DNA of 64,000 nt from Octopus vulgaris (taxonomy: Eukaryota): the NCBI GenBank assembly GCA_951406725.2, contig OX597823.1, positions 105,276,001 to 105,340,000 of the forward strand. Reading direction: 5' to 3'. Positions within the stretch are counted from its first letter, which is position 1. Each line of letters opens with the position of its first letter. This document shows positions 40,807 to 55,390 of the stretch, in pieces. A program made the translations under genes and the position numbers. The notes under the pieces are model-generated. The model was not told the DNA's origin. It saw only the letters and a program-made list of their open reading frames with translations, and ran no database searches.

Positions 40807-41469
40807 ACAAAACACCTGTTTCCTTCTCTCTGTCTCACTCTAACCTTTCATCACCTGACACAAGATCACTTTCTCCAATGCCTCCTCCCCTCTCAGAAGA
40901 TTTTTGTCTTGCAAGTTACTTCGTGATTTTGCCAATGCAAGTGCCATTTAAAAAGCATCCTGTCTATGCTGCGAAGTGGTAGGCATTTGGAAGGGCATCC
41001 AGCTGTAAAATCCTTGCTTATGCTTGTGCGATGTCAAAAGCACTAAATCCACTCTGCTGGGTGGTTGGTGGTTGGTGTTAGGAAAGGTATCCAACTGTAA
41101 AAATCTTGCCAAAACAGTCACAGAAGTCTGGTGCTAGCTTCTGTTTGGTTGGCTCCTATCAAAGAGTCCCACCCATGCCAGCATGGAAGGCGGATGTTAA
41201 ATGAGACGATGATGAAGATGATATATATAAAACTGAAGTTTCAAATAGTAGCCAGATATTGGATGTATGGAACTTGGAATTGTGACATTTGAAGTTAGAG
41301 CTTAAATAAATATGTTTTGTCTCTCTACGTCCAGCAGAGAACACTCATGTTTCTTCTCGTTTATAATTAAATGTTTACAGATATATGTGTAAGTGTATCT
41401 TTGTCTACATAATCAATATATGTGTGTGTGTTTCTATAAATATGTTTTCTTTTATTTTCTTTTATTTTT

Positions 41470-42403
41470 TTTACTTGTTTCAGTCATTTGACTGCGGCCA
41501 TGCTGGAGCACCGCCTTTAGTCGAGCAGCTCAACCCCGGTACTTATTCATTGTAAGCCCAGTACTTATTCTATTGGTCTCTTTTCTCTTTTACTTGTTTC
41601 AGTCATTTGACTGTGGCTATGCTGGAGCACCGCCTTTAGTCGAGCAGCTCAACCCCGGTACTTATTCATTGTAAGCCCAGTACTTATTCTATCGGTCTCT
41701 TTTGCCGAACCGCTAAGTGACGGAGACATAAACACACCAGCATCGGTTGTCAAGCAATGCTTGGGGGACAAACACAAACATACATGCACACACACATATA
41801 TATATATACACATAGGCGCAGGAGTGGCTGTTTGCTAAGTAACTTGCTAACCAACCACATGGTTCCGGGTTCAGTCCCACTGCGTGGCATCTTGGGCACG
41901 TGTCTTCTGCTATAGCCCCGGGCCGACCAATGCCTTGTGAGTGGATTTGGTAGACGGAAACTGAAAGAAGCCTGTCGTATATATGTATATATATGTATAT
42001 GTGTGCGTGTGAATATGTTTGTGTGTCTGTGTTTGTTCCCCTAGCATTGCTTGACAACCGATGCTGGTGTGTTTACGTCCCCGTCACTTAGCGGTTCGGC
42101 AAAAGAGACCGATAGAATAAGTACTGGGCTTACAAAGAATAAGTCTCGGGGTCGATTTGCTCGACTAAAGGCGGTGCTCCAGCATGGCCGCAGTCAAATG
42201 ACTGAAACAAGTAAAAAAAAAAAAAAAGAGTAATATATACGACGGGCTTCTTTCAGTTTCCATCTACCAAATCCACTCACAAGGCTTTGGTCGGCACGAG
42301 GCTATAGTAGAAGACACTTGCCCAAGGTGCCATGCAGTGGGACTGAACCCGGAACCATGTGGTTGGTAAACAAGCTACTTACCACACAGCCACTCCTGCG
42401 CCT
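41470..42403. mobile_element. Nested family A SINEs: + copy (41814-42230) inside a - copy
   Basis: The - copy has its 3' half at 41583-41790 (tail duplicated at 41470-41585) and its 5' half at 42238-42403. Confidence 0.85.
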
Positions 42404-42771
42404 GTGTGTATATATATTTGTGTGTATATATATATATGTCTGTGCACACGCATATATGTATACTTGTATGTGTGCATGCATGAACTTATGAATGTATTTA
42501 TGGATGTATGTACGTAAGTGTGTATGTGTGTATGTTTGATTGAGAGATTAAAAGATTTCAGATTGAAGAGAATAATCCCTTATTACTTTACAATACATTT
42601 ATGTTATAGGCTGTTGCATAAACATAATAACATGCGCATACAAATGTGTGTCTCTCTATGGATATAACTATGCATGAGCGCATGCACACATGCACACACA
42701 CACACATGCATACATACATATATATGTATATGTATGTGTGTGTGTATGTGTGCATTTGTATATATTTAAGT

Positions 42772-42816
<45 letters not shown>

Positions 42817-42835
42817 TATATATACATATATATAT

Positions 42836-42932
<97 letters not shown>

Positions 42933-43022
42933 GAGTTAACGATTCACTTCAAATCATCAACAAGAAAGTAGTCTCTTTCTTTCATCTATACACTTAAACA
43001 TGTATGTCTGTGTGTGTGAGTG

Positions 43023-43063
<41 letters not shown>

Positions 43064-43298
43064 CTCTGAATGCATGCATACATATAATCTGCTATTAACC
43101 TTAGCTAATCTATACGCTTTTAATGAGAGCCAACATTCAACAACAGGTAGATTGATTAAAAACCAACAAACCAGCCAGCCAGCCAGCCAGCCAAGAACCA
43201 ACCAACTAACCAGCCAGCCAGTCAAACTAATTAAGTGACCTGGCTATTTCACTTTCACATCTCACGCTAACGAAGAGCAAAGTTAGCTTAACCTTCAG

Positions 43299-43429
43299 TG
43301 GAAGCTGTGGTCAGAGTGAATGGCTGTATTCTGTCTCCACCAACATATTACAATAGGGTGTGGTGGCCATGCTGTGACTATTACAAATACAATGGCGTTT
43401 TTTGTGATACCTCAGAAAACGATTTGAGG
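43299..43429 (+). other. Candidate exon (131 nt, one open frame)
   Basis: cttaaccttcag acceptor and AGG|gtaagt donor. Open frame EAVVRVNGCILSPPTYYNRVWWPCCDYYKYNGVFCDTSENDLR is not recognised. Confidence 0.3.
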
Positions 43430-44121
43430 GTAAGTGACCTTCTTTCACATGATGTATATAATGCATATATATATTATTTATATATATATATATATTATTA
43501 ATATATATATATATTATTTATATATATATGTATATATATGTATACATATATGTAATCCATATATAATAAATATATTCATGTATGTATATACATATATGTT
43601 TTATATATTTATGTGTGTGTGTGTGTATGTATAATATATATTTATATATAGATGTATATGTATATGTGAGTATGAGTGTCAGTGTGTGTGTGTGTGTGTG
43701 CCTCTGTGGGTGTGCATGTATGTGTATGTGTGTGTGTGTGTGTGTGTGTGTTTGCGTCTGTGTGTGTATGTATATATATCAGAAAAGTAAAGAATGATTA
43801 CTATATCAGGATTACTATTGGTGAGAATGACCCTTGGTCAATCAGTCAGTTTGATCATCGGTCACATTGACCATTGGTCAGATTGGCCATTAGTCAAAGA
43901 TTTTCTGTCAATTTGACTGTCATCAGTCATAATAGCCTTCAATCAAATTCACTATTTATCATAGTGGCAATAAGGTACAAGTGTATTAAACTGAAGACAA
44001 TAGTGTTCAGTTTTCTGGAAACATCTTGTACTGTATTAATTTTAACAATTTGTCTGGTTGCCTGCATTTCTCTTTTATCCTCTGTGAATATCTACATATA
44101 CGAGTGTGTGCATGAGCGAAA

Positions 44122-44155
<34 letters not shown>

Positions 44156-44506
44156 TGGTGCACACAATGGTAACCAAGCACCTTTTATCTTGTACCTTTT
44201 ACTTGCTTCAGTCTGTGGACTGCGGCTTTTCTGGGACAGCGCCTTGAATGGTTCAGTCAAACCAACTAAGCTCAGTATTTATTTTTTAGACTGGTAGTTA
44301 TTTTATCAGTTTCTAATTGCCAAATTGCGAAGTTATATGGACATAAACAAACCAGCACTGGTTTTGAAGAGGTGGTGGTGCCGGTGGACAAACTCAAAGA
44401 CACACACACACGTGTGTGTGTGTGAGTGTGTGTGTGTGTGTGTGCGTGTATATATACATACACTTGCACCTGGATGTAGCTATGCCTGCACCTATATATA
44501 TATATA

Positions 44507-44582
<76 letters not shown>

Positions 44583-44852
44583 CTATCTATATATATAGAT
44601 AGATAGATAGATATTTACAAGTAAACTCAGAGCCTTGATAAATTACGGTGAAAGGACGACTATGAAAGTCATTTTTGCACAATAATAACTATATGATAAT
44701 ATATCATAATAATAATATATATACTCTGATTAAAGCAACATTATCTAAACAACTGACTGAAAAATGACAAGCTTACCCAGGCTAGAATTGAACCCACACA
44801 TCAATGCTAACATGGCTCCAAGCATATCTGATTGAGCCAGATACTCATCCAT

Positions 44853-44993
44853 GAATTTCAGCCAAATTTTATGTTAGATACTTTACTGTCTAGCACTATG
44901 TATAACATTTGTTAACAAAACTGGGTTTATTTACAAATATTATATCTAGTACTAGACAGTTAAGTATCTTTACATAAAATTTGGCTGAAATTC
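44853..44993. repeat. ~60-bp-arm inverted repeat abutting (TA)n
   Basis: GAATTTCAGCCAAATTTT...ATTTGT / ACAAAT...AAAATTTGGCTGAAATTC. Confidence 0.8.
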
Positions 44994-45008
44994 GTATATA
45001 TATATGTA

Positions 45009-45051
<43 letters not shown>

Positions 45052-45373
45052 GAGTGAGTGGACAAACAAAAGAAAAGGGCACTCAAGACATTTAATAGGA
45101 GTTACATGTTTGGCTTCTATGCTGCTTCAAGTTTCGCAGGCTCCTTTCAGTCTATTCCTTTGGCCATTTCAGAAGACTTAATGAGACAGGATCTGTTAGG
45201 GGCCTACAAAACTTGAAGTAGCACAGAAACTGAACCAAACTGTTTTAAATTATGTGTGTGTGTTTGTGTGTTTGTGTGCACTTGTGTGTGTGTATGCATA
45301 CAAATTTTCATAGACATACATATACACACATATGCAAATACATAATATATACTTGTGTATGTATAAACATATA

Positions 45374-45700
<327 letters not shown>

Positions 45701-45885
45701 TATATATTGGCTTAGATTTTCCTTTGGGGCTGGCCAGGTCGGAGCAATCTCAAGATTAATCAGCCGAAATTACGAGGATGATCCGGTTCTTGACTGAAGA
45801 TAAAAGGCTTCGAATGTCCCGTCCGTTTTTTGTATCGTCTTCTAAATGTTTTGTGTTCTTGTCCCAGTTTGTATATTTTTACATT

Positions 45886-45950
<65 letters not shown>

Positions 45951-45955
45951 CATGT

Positions 45956-45986
<31 letters not shown>

Positions 45987-46364
45987 AATGGAGGGTATCA
46001 GTGGAAGGGCTAAACCCAGAAAGATGTGGGAGGAAGGGGTGAGAAATGATCTTCAGATGTTGGACCTCACAGAGGACAAGGGACTGAGACCTGTGTGCTT
46101 GAGAGGATGTGTTTGTTGTATATGTTCATGAAGATAGTGCAGAATCAGTAACTGTTGACTGCATCATGTTGATGATGCTTGGATGCTGAGCATTAACGAG
46201 GAATCACATTATAGTATCTATGTAGGAGTGGGGGGGTATTTGTTGGGAGTTATGGTACACATATGCATTGAGTATGTGCAGTTGATAATACTTACAACAC
46301 TTGCCCTGGTTCTAATTCATAATTAAATTCATTCTTACGTATGCATCTTACAGTATGTATCACC

Positions 46365-46633
46365 ACTGTGCAGATGGCATGTAAAAAACACCATTTTCGA
46401 GCGTGGCCATTGCCAGTACCGCCAGATTGGCCCTTGTGTCGGTGGCATGTAAAAAGCACCCACTACACTCATGGAGTGGTTGGCATTAGGAAAGGCATCC
46501 AGCTGTAGAAACTCTGCCAGATCAGATTGGAGCCTGGTGCAGCCTCCTGGCTTCGCAGACCCCGGTCAAACTGTCCAACCCATGCTAGCATGGAAAGCGG
46601 ACGTTAAACAATGATGATGATGATGTTGATGAT
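46365..46633 (+). mobile_element. Family C SINE-like repeat
   Basis: Consensus match with (GAT)n tail. Confidence 0.8.
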
Positions 46634-47082
46634 GCATCGTCATCACATGACAGACCAGCCAACGCTTTTTACACTATTTATATATAGTAACATAATGACG
46701 ATTCAGTTGCCCCACTCCCCCTTGTTTGACTCAGGTGTGTAATGTTGATAAGCCACAAAAAATGGTGAAATATCAGTATCCACCACTCCTGAATGGTATT
46801 AAGAGTGATTTGTCTCACCTGTCTATGACTTTCAAGTGTTTTAATACCCAATGCTTTGAGGGAGCCATCCCCACCTTGCTAAACTGCAGCATACTGAAAA
46901 CACATTTTGAGGGTGTGAGGTTGATAATATTTAAAAAAACTAGCTCTACTTCTAACTCATAATTGAATACACACACACACACACTAATGTATGCATGTAT
47001 ATGTATGTAAATATATATATATATATACACACATATATATATACATACATATATATACGTATATATATATACATATATATAT

Positions 47083-47145
<63 letters not shown>

Positions 47146-47150
47146 CATAC

Positions 47151-47198
<48 letters not shown>

Positions 47199-47687
47199 CA
47201 ATAAGAATAAAACAAATGTGTATTGTAGGTTATTGCTACATGGTTCCATAGCATATTTATTCTGAAACATGTGCAGTGAAATAATCGTTAATCATATTCT
47301 TATCGCTATAGATTATGCCACATCAAATGCACAATTATTCCTTTGAAACACACTTGGATTTTCAGAATATCTAATATCAGTAAACTACCATTTCAACTCT
47401 GAATTCACTACTGAACTGGATGGTTAAAGTTCCTGGCATATTCAGTATAAACCGCTGTTTAGACAAAATACAAAGAGTTGTTTTGCTGTTGATCTACCTT
47501 GATCTAATTTAATTGATCCCCTCTATTACATATAAGGACTGAACACGAAAAGTGGACAGTCAACATGCTAGATATAGACGTCAAATTGCCATTCTCCACA
47601 AAGATTATGTTCTCAAATAAAATAAAATTCAGCACAAACCAAAGCAATAAATAAGACAAATGAAAATATAAGAAATGAAATAATCAC

Positions 47688-47750
47688 CTGTGTACTGATC
47701 AGTTTCAGTTATTAATATCTGCAAGGATATCTGTAACTTCGTCAGCACAG
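47688..47750 (-). ncRNA. Type-I hammerhead ribozyme motif, fully canonical core
   Basis: CTGTG CTGACGA AGTTA-cag-ATATC-cttgca-GATAT-taa-TAACT GAA ACTGATCAGT A CACAG. Confidence 0.85.
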
Positions 47751-47762
47751 TCTGTTATGAAC

Positions 47763-47796
<34 letters not shown>

Positions 47797-47956
47797 CAGC
47801 CGAAATTGTGAGGATAATCTGGTTCTTGACTGAAGATAAAAAAACTTCAAATGACTCATCCTTGTTTTCCTTGTATCATCTATCTGGATGTTTTGTTGTC
47901 CCTTTTTATATCACCTAGTTATCCAGACGTTTTGTGTTCTTGTCCCATTTTGTATT

Positions 47957-47995
<39 letters not shown>

Positions 47996-49019
47996 TATAT
48001 GTATATGAAAAACAAAAATGGGACAAGAACCCAAAACATCCAGACTGAGAATACAAAGAAAACAAGGACGGGTCATTTGGAGTTTTCTTTCCTCAGTTGA
48101 GTTCCAGATTATCTTTGCAATTTCAGCTGGTTATACTCAAGATTGCTCCAATCTGGCCAGCCTCAAGGAAAAACTAAGCTAAAAGCACTAGATTCCTTGG
48201 AAGAAAGCAGCGAATGTATATGAAAACAAGGACAGAAAAAAATAAACAGAGAAATGGTACTGAAATTGCAAAGATAATCTGGAATTTGTACGACTCTATT
48301 ATTCTTTCTATTCTTTCATTCTTTCCTTCTTTCTATCAGCCCCTTCACACTTACTTCGTTCATTCCACTCTTCGTTCTTTTGTTCCCCCTCTCTCACATT
48401 TCCTGGCCTTCTCTTTATGCTCACCTTCCCTCCTCTTTCACTTCACTCGGTCCCTTTCCTTTTTTCTCGCCCCTCCTTAATTCTTCTATCCCTCTGCCTC
48501 TACCTCTCTCTCTTCTCTCCCCACGTGACCTGTGTTTGACCAAGACTGACTTTTCTTCCTCGGTTCAACTACCATCCATGTAACATCTATATTCCTTCCT
48601 GTGCTTGTCAAATCTTATGTTCCTATCATAAGGCTTTACTTCCACACACACCAGCTTAATTTAATTGTCCTTAGTTGAAAGACACCTGTTGTTATATGCT
48701 GTTATTTGTATTTGTGTACCATTTCTCTGGGGTTTTTTTCCGTCCTTGTTTTTGTATACATTCACTGCTTTCCTCCAAGGAATCTAGTGTTTGTTTACGT
48801 TTGGTTTGTTGGATGTCTCCACTGTCCTGTTTTTGTTACCAACTTTGACCCTCCACAAATCCCAAATTTTATTTTGGTTTGTGGGAGCAACTGCCTTTTC
48901 AAAGCCTCATATTGTCGTTAATTGCTCTAATTGTGGAGTAGATGGCCAACCGGCAACTGATGAAGAGCTGTTTTTTATGTTACTTGTCTTATTTACCATT
49001 TGTTTACCATATATCTATC

Positions 49020-49053
<34 letters not shown>

Positions 49054-49115
49054 TGTATGTATGTATGTATGTATGTTTGTATGTATGTATAAATAGATAG
49101 GTAGGTAAATAAATC

Positions 49116-49182
<67 letters not shown>

Positions 49183-49199
49183 GGATGGATGGATGGATG

Positions 49200-49270
<71 letters not shown>

Positions 49271-49271
<1 letters not shown>

Positions 49272-49360
49272 TGTTTCTTTATTAGCCACACAGGGCTGCA
49301 AACAGACAAGACAGATTATAAAGTAGAGCTTTTCTTTTTGGGGGAGAAGAAAAAAAAATA
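49271..49360 (-). mobile_element. 3'-terminal fragment of the Tx1-like LINE family
   Basis: AAAAGAAAAGCTCTAC...GCAGCCCTGTGTGGCTAATAAAGAAACA followed by (TATC)n, the same end as 63361-63430. Confidence 0.85.
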
Positions 49361-49800
49361 TAAAGATGGGGTAGGTTGAGAAAAAATATTGGAGACAAAA
49401 CTGAATTTTGGTGCATATCAAAGTTGATGGATATGATGAGAAAAATGATTAGGCATCTAACAGTATTGACTTGTATATGTAAGGGGTCATTTGTGTTGCA
49501 TTTACGTAAGTCATGGTTATTAAATGTGAGTGTTGAGAGGTGCCTGTAACAAATCCACTCCAAGAGAGTCTTGGGATGAAATAGTGCAAACAAATGTTAG
49601 ATCTCATAATTATAGGGTATCTGGGTATCTCAGATATGATCACATATCAAGAGACAATCTAACAAAGAACTATTTTCCCTCTTTCATCAGAGTAAAATCA
49701 AAAGCTTAACATGATGGGGGTGGAGATGGTGGTGATGGTATTGTTGGCATTGGTAGGGGCAGTGGCAGTAGATTGGTAGTGGTTTTGGTAGTAGTAGTAT

Positions 49801-49878
<78 letters not shown>

Positions 49879-50013
49879 CAGCAGCAACTACAGCATGGTG
49901 GTGTTATGAAAAATTTTGATGGTGTTGGTGGTAATGGTGATTGTCTTTGTGGTGGTTGTGGCTGTAGTATGAATGTACTATCAAAAATTAATGATTAAGA
50001 GAGTGATGCTACT

Positions 50014-50044
<31 letters not shown>

Positions 50045-50206
50045 TTAAAATATTGATGAGGACAGTGATGATGATGATGTAAAACAAATTGATAGTAACA
50101 ATGATAATAATGACAATAAAAAATTGATAATGAAAATTATGATAGCAATGATGATAACAATATTAAAAAAATATTGGTGATAATGATAGTGATGGTGAAA
50201 TTATTG

Positions 50207-50272
<66 letters not shown>

Positions 50273-51059
50273 GCCATAACAACAAGAACAGCAGTATAGT
50301 CATGGTGATGATGATGATGATGATATTAAAAAAAATTCATGATTATGATGATAACAATGATGATGGATATGAAGACAATTGAGGATATGAAAGATGATAA
50401 TAGAAAAAAAAATTATTATAATGGTAGTGAGATGAAGATAATGATGTAGCCGGTGGTGGTGGTGGTGGTGGGGCCATAATATTCTAATACAGAATGACAA
50501 TATATTCACTGGTGAATGTTTTCTGTTAATCACTGTCCTAATAGGCATTGAAGTAAATCCTAAGGTGTCACTGGCGCCATTTCCATTAGCCATTTTTGAG
50601 GCAACGATTAGAACAGAGAACAGCTTATTATCTTTAGTTTGGATTATAATTTTTTTTTGTTTGTGAAAGAATTCTCATGAAACAGTCTTTATATTGCATT
50701 TGAGACACAGAGATTAGATAATTTAAGTCAGATTTTTGAATTTTGACATGGTTTCTGTAAGATTCTTGCAAAAATGTCTTCTAGTCATTATGGCTAATGT
50801 AAAAATAATTATTGGAGGTGGATTTGATAATGGAATATTTTTTCCTGAACACATTAAGATTCAGAAAAGTGGCAGCGGCAATGGCAGCAGTAACAATAAC
50901 AGACTTGATCTCAGCTCTTTGTAGTGATGGATGATACCAAGAATTCTTTAAAGAGAATCAAACCGTTAGCAATTCAAAACTCTTCATTTCAGATAAACTG
51001 TGTACCACAGACATAGATGCAAATAATTTTTCTTCTAATTATTATTAATCAGCCATAAT

Positions 51060-51274
51060 TTGGCAATCTGGCAGAACCGTTAGCATGCTGGGCAAAATGT
51101 TTAGTGGAATTTCATCCATCTTTATGTTTTGAGTTCAAATTCTGCTGAGGTTGACTTTGCCTTTCATCCTTTCAGCATCGATGAAATAAGTACCAGTTAT
51201 GCACTGGGGTCGATGTAATAGACTAGTCCCCTCCCCCAAATTTCAAGCCTTGTGCCTTCAGTAGAAAGGATTAT
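51060..51274 (+). mobile_element. Meta-domain SINE variant with a different tail
   Basis: Same head and Meta domain, tail CCCCTCCCCCAAATTTCAAGCCTTGTGCC. Related copy at 60722-60925 (-). Confidence 0.75.
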
Positions 51275-52404
51275 CTAGTAGCTCTAAGGCCTTATTGGCT
51301 GATAGACTCATTAGCACAGTGGAGAAAATGCTTTACAGCATTTCTTCTGGTTTTATGTTCTGAGCTCAAATTCCACTGAAGTCACCTTTGACTTTCATCC
51401 TTTTCATGTGGGTCGATAAAATACGTACCAGTCAAGTACTGGGGTTGGTGTAGTTAACTTCAACCTGTGCTAACGTTTGAAACCTAGCCATAAGAAGCAA
51501 ACCAGTATCTGGGTTTTATTTGACTCTCTTCACTCTTAGTTCAGATTCCACTGAAATCAACTTTGCCTTCCATTTTTATTGGGGCTGATTAAAAAATACC
51601 AATGGATCAGATTAGCAGAGCTGTAAAAATGTTGGACTAGGTTCTTTGCAGTATTTGTTCAAGTTCTTAGGGTTCAAATCCCACCATGGCTTAAGATCTT
51701 GGTGCCTAGATACCAGCCTGTTGCTTTTTAGCCTTATGTCAAACCTAATTGTGAAGGCCTATGGTAAAAGGCTTCCAACCATGACTGTCTTGCCTTTTCT
51801 TGTGCATGTGCATATGTATAAAATCCAGAGTAGCAATATCTAGTATATTCTATGTGATTTGGAGGAGATTTGGCTGCTATTTCCTCTGCATGCTTTCCTC
51901 TCTACTCTTCACCTGTCTCAGAGACTCTACAAAGGACTATGAATATTCCGTTTCCTCCTGACTAAAATATAAAAATGGTCCTTCTTCTAGATTGGTGGAA
52001 TGGATGTATCTAGGGAAAAAATTGAATGGAAATGAAATTTCCGTGGGGGACAGATATGGGGAGGAATGATTTGACAGTAGTTTTATGTTGGAAACTGAGA
52101 ATGAAACTCAGTGTTCATGGTAAGAACAAAAGATAGTTTCAAGTTCAGTGAATCAGTTTTGTAACAACAGAAGTTGAAAAGGAATATTATGCACGAGAGC
52201 TAATTGCCATTGTGGTTTGGCAAGTGAGTCTTAGTTGACTTACCTAGAGAAGGTACGAGTTAGTACAGAGAAGCAGTGACTGTTGCAACAGTAGTAGAAG
52301 AAGAATCAGAGAGAACAATCTTTACACGTGGAATTGACGATTGTAGCGTTTTGATGAGTGGATCTTGTCAAATCAGTTGAATAGCCTACTCTTAGATGTG
52401 GTCT

Positions 52405-52440
<36 letters not shown>

Positions 52441-52476
52441 TTCATCATCATCATCATCCTCATCATCTTCATCATC

Positions 52477-52528
<52 letters not shown>

Positions 52529-53106
52529 GCTGAAGCATTCCAGGTATGTGAGGGGTAGCAATACCTAGCATATTCTATGTGATTTGGAGGAGATTTAGCT
52601 GCTATTTCTTGCAGGTCAGGTGACTAGACAGAGTCAGTTTCATTGGTACCAGTGGCTGGTGTCTAGGCACCAAGAAAATGATGCCTATACACAGAAGGAG
52701 AGAAAGGAGAGAAGAGTGACATCTTTTGTTTGGGTGTGTATTGCTGGAAGTAACATTAGTAAGATCATTTCAGTCTAGAAAGATAATGCTAATACCTGAC
52801 CTCCCATTCCCATTTGCATTTCAACTGGTTAGCCAGAGTGTCAATGGCCTGTCTGTAAAGCTTTCAATTAGTGAACTCTGCATCAGTTAAGCTGAGCTGT
52901 CAAGGGACAACAACGCAGCAACAACAATGGTTTCGATAGCAACAATAAGCAAATACCATTTTAGCAGTGAATTAAAGATAAATCTCAAAATATGAAAAAT
53001 GCTCATATTATATGTAATACGTAGGAAATTTTGTAGAAATGGATAAATGGAATACCAATAGAACTACATGCTATATGTATGTGTGTGTGTGTATGTGTGT
53101 ATACCA

Positions 53107-53203
<97 letters not shown>

Positions 53204-53289
53204 AGAGTTTACCAAAAAAACAAAAGACAAAGACAGGTGGTGTACAAAACAAACAGATGTATTAGTATAATGCTCAGGAATAGAAAAGT

Positions 53290-53318
53290 CTTTCGAGCCT
53301 ACGCTCTTCTACAGAAAG
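53290..53318 (-). ncRNA. CUGUNGA-core motif copy 4 (stem III deleted)
   Basis: CTTT CTGTAGA A GAGC-GTAG-GCTC GAAA, within element 53200-53355. Confidence 0.4.
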
Positions 53319-53507
53319 GGACACAGAAAAAACAACGAAGAAACAAGGAGAGAAATATATATATATAGGGTGGGGCCAAAATTCACACACAAAGTAAGTT
53401 CAATGTACAATGGAATTGTCAAAGATGTGCTTCAATTTTTCTAACTTTGAATAGAATAAATAAAATAATTATTAATACACATGTACTTGTACATGACAAA
53501 CAAAATG

Positions 53508-53543
<36 letters not shown>

Positions 53544-53544
53544 G

Positions 53545-53599
<55 letters not shown>

Positions 53600-53734
53600 T
53601 AACAATAATAATAATGATAATGATAATAACAACAACAACATAACTAAAAGGGCAAATATTTTAATGCATTACTTTTGGCCCATCTTTTATGTATGTATGG
53701 ATGTATGTATGTCTCTTCTGTTTTATAATTATTA

Positions 53735-54290
53735 TAAATCTTCCACTGAGGAAGGAGCTGGTTTCCAACAAAGATACAAAGCTCCATCTTTGGGATGTAG
53801 TTAACAAAGACATATTCACATTTGGAACTTGAGAAAAGTCTTGCATATCTTTACTGTTCCACTCACAGATTACACATGTAATGTAAAAATCAGCTGGTAA
53901 ATTTCTCTTTCTGAAAATCCCAGTTTATCCAGATTCTCCTTTAAGCATTTACTAATAAAACCTAGTGCTCCAATTATTACTGGTATGAATATAAATTCAT
54001 AGTCTGGATATAGAAGCTGGGGGTTTTGAAGCAGTTGTCCATAGATATCCTCTTTTTCTTTGCTTTCCAAAGAGATATTTGTATCTGCAGAGCAGCTAAC
54101 CTCTATTACAATACATACCTTGGCCCCTCTGTCCCAAACAACAATATTCGGCCTGTTATGTTTACATTTGACAGAGATTTTGGTGGGAATATTCCACTAG
54201 TATTCCGTGAGTTGGTGTTTATGAATATATTCCATAACAGAGGGATTTTCTAAGTTTATTTCAGGACAGTCTTTTTTGAGGATGGCATTG
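53735..54290 (-). mobile_element. Decayed R4/Dong-like (RLE) retrotransposon 3' fragment
   Basis: KCKHNRPNIVVWD...CIVIEVSCSAD...KEDIYGQL...FIPVIIGALG. A related 3' UTR fragment lies at ~6858-6960. Confidence 0.75.
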
Positions 54291-54761
54291 CATGTATGTA
54301 TGTATGTATGTATGTATGTATGTATGTATGTATGTATGTATGTATGTATGTATGTATGCACAGAAAGAGAGACTCTTCCCTCAAGAGAAAATGCATCAAT
54401 ATCAAGTTGTTCAATCAACCAAATGGCCTCTTCATAGAATTAATGGGTCAAGTAGCTGTGTACTCCACAGACAGTTTGTACTCTTACTGTAGCTCTCTGC
54501 CAGAATCAGCATGACATAGTAGTGTGCCAAAGCTGAATTTCTGAATATATATATATATATATATTATATATATTTGATGGGTTTCTTTACAGTTTCCATC
54601 TATTCTATTTTAGTCACAAGGCTTGAGGGCAACCCAACGTTATGATAATGAGAAAAGATGTTTGTTCAAGATACTATACAGCAGTGTAAAACATGGTTGC
54701 TATGCAAATGCCTTAAATAGCCAACCATACCTCTATATTCATGCATATTTAAATATATGTA

Positions 54762-55107
54762 TGTATATATTTATGTATGTATGTATGTATGTATGTATGT
54801 ATGTATGTATGTATGTATGTATGTGTGTGTGTATGTATGTATGTATGTATGTATGTATGTATGTATGTATGTATGTATGTATGTATGTATGTATGTATGT
54901 ATGTATGTATGTATCTATCTATCTATCTATCTATCCATCTGTTTATCTATCTGTCTATCTATTTGTCTGTCTGTCTTTCTCTCTATCTGTCTGTCTGTCT
55001 ATGTCTGTCTGTCTGTCTCTATCTATCTGTCTGTCTGTATGTCTTTCTCTCTCTCTCTCTCTATCTATTTATTTATTCATCTATTTATCTATCTATCTGT
55101 CTATCTA

Positions 55108-55153
<46 letters not shown>

Positions 55154-55197
55154 AATCTATTTATCTATCTATGTGTGTTTGTATGTGTGTGTGTATA

Positions 55198-55228
<31 letters not shown>

Positions 55229-55390
55229 GCATGTGTATGTATGTATGTATGTAACTGTGTGTATGAGTGTGTATGTGTGTGTGCGGGGGGGTCTGTCTCT
55301 GTGTGTGTATGTGTGTGTGCATGTGTGTGTGTGTGTGTGTGTCTGTGTGTGTGTGTGTGTGTGTGTGTCTGTGTATGCATGCATGCGTGT
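54762..55390. repeat. (TATG)n-(TCTG/TATC)n-(TG)n compound microsatellite
   Basis: Directly visible. Confidence 0.95.

Noticed and set aside
43991-44035. CTGAAGA...GAAACATCTTGTA hammerhead-like match
   Set aside because: Stem I cannot form next to the core and stem II is negligible.
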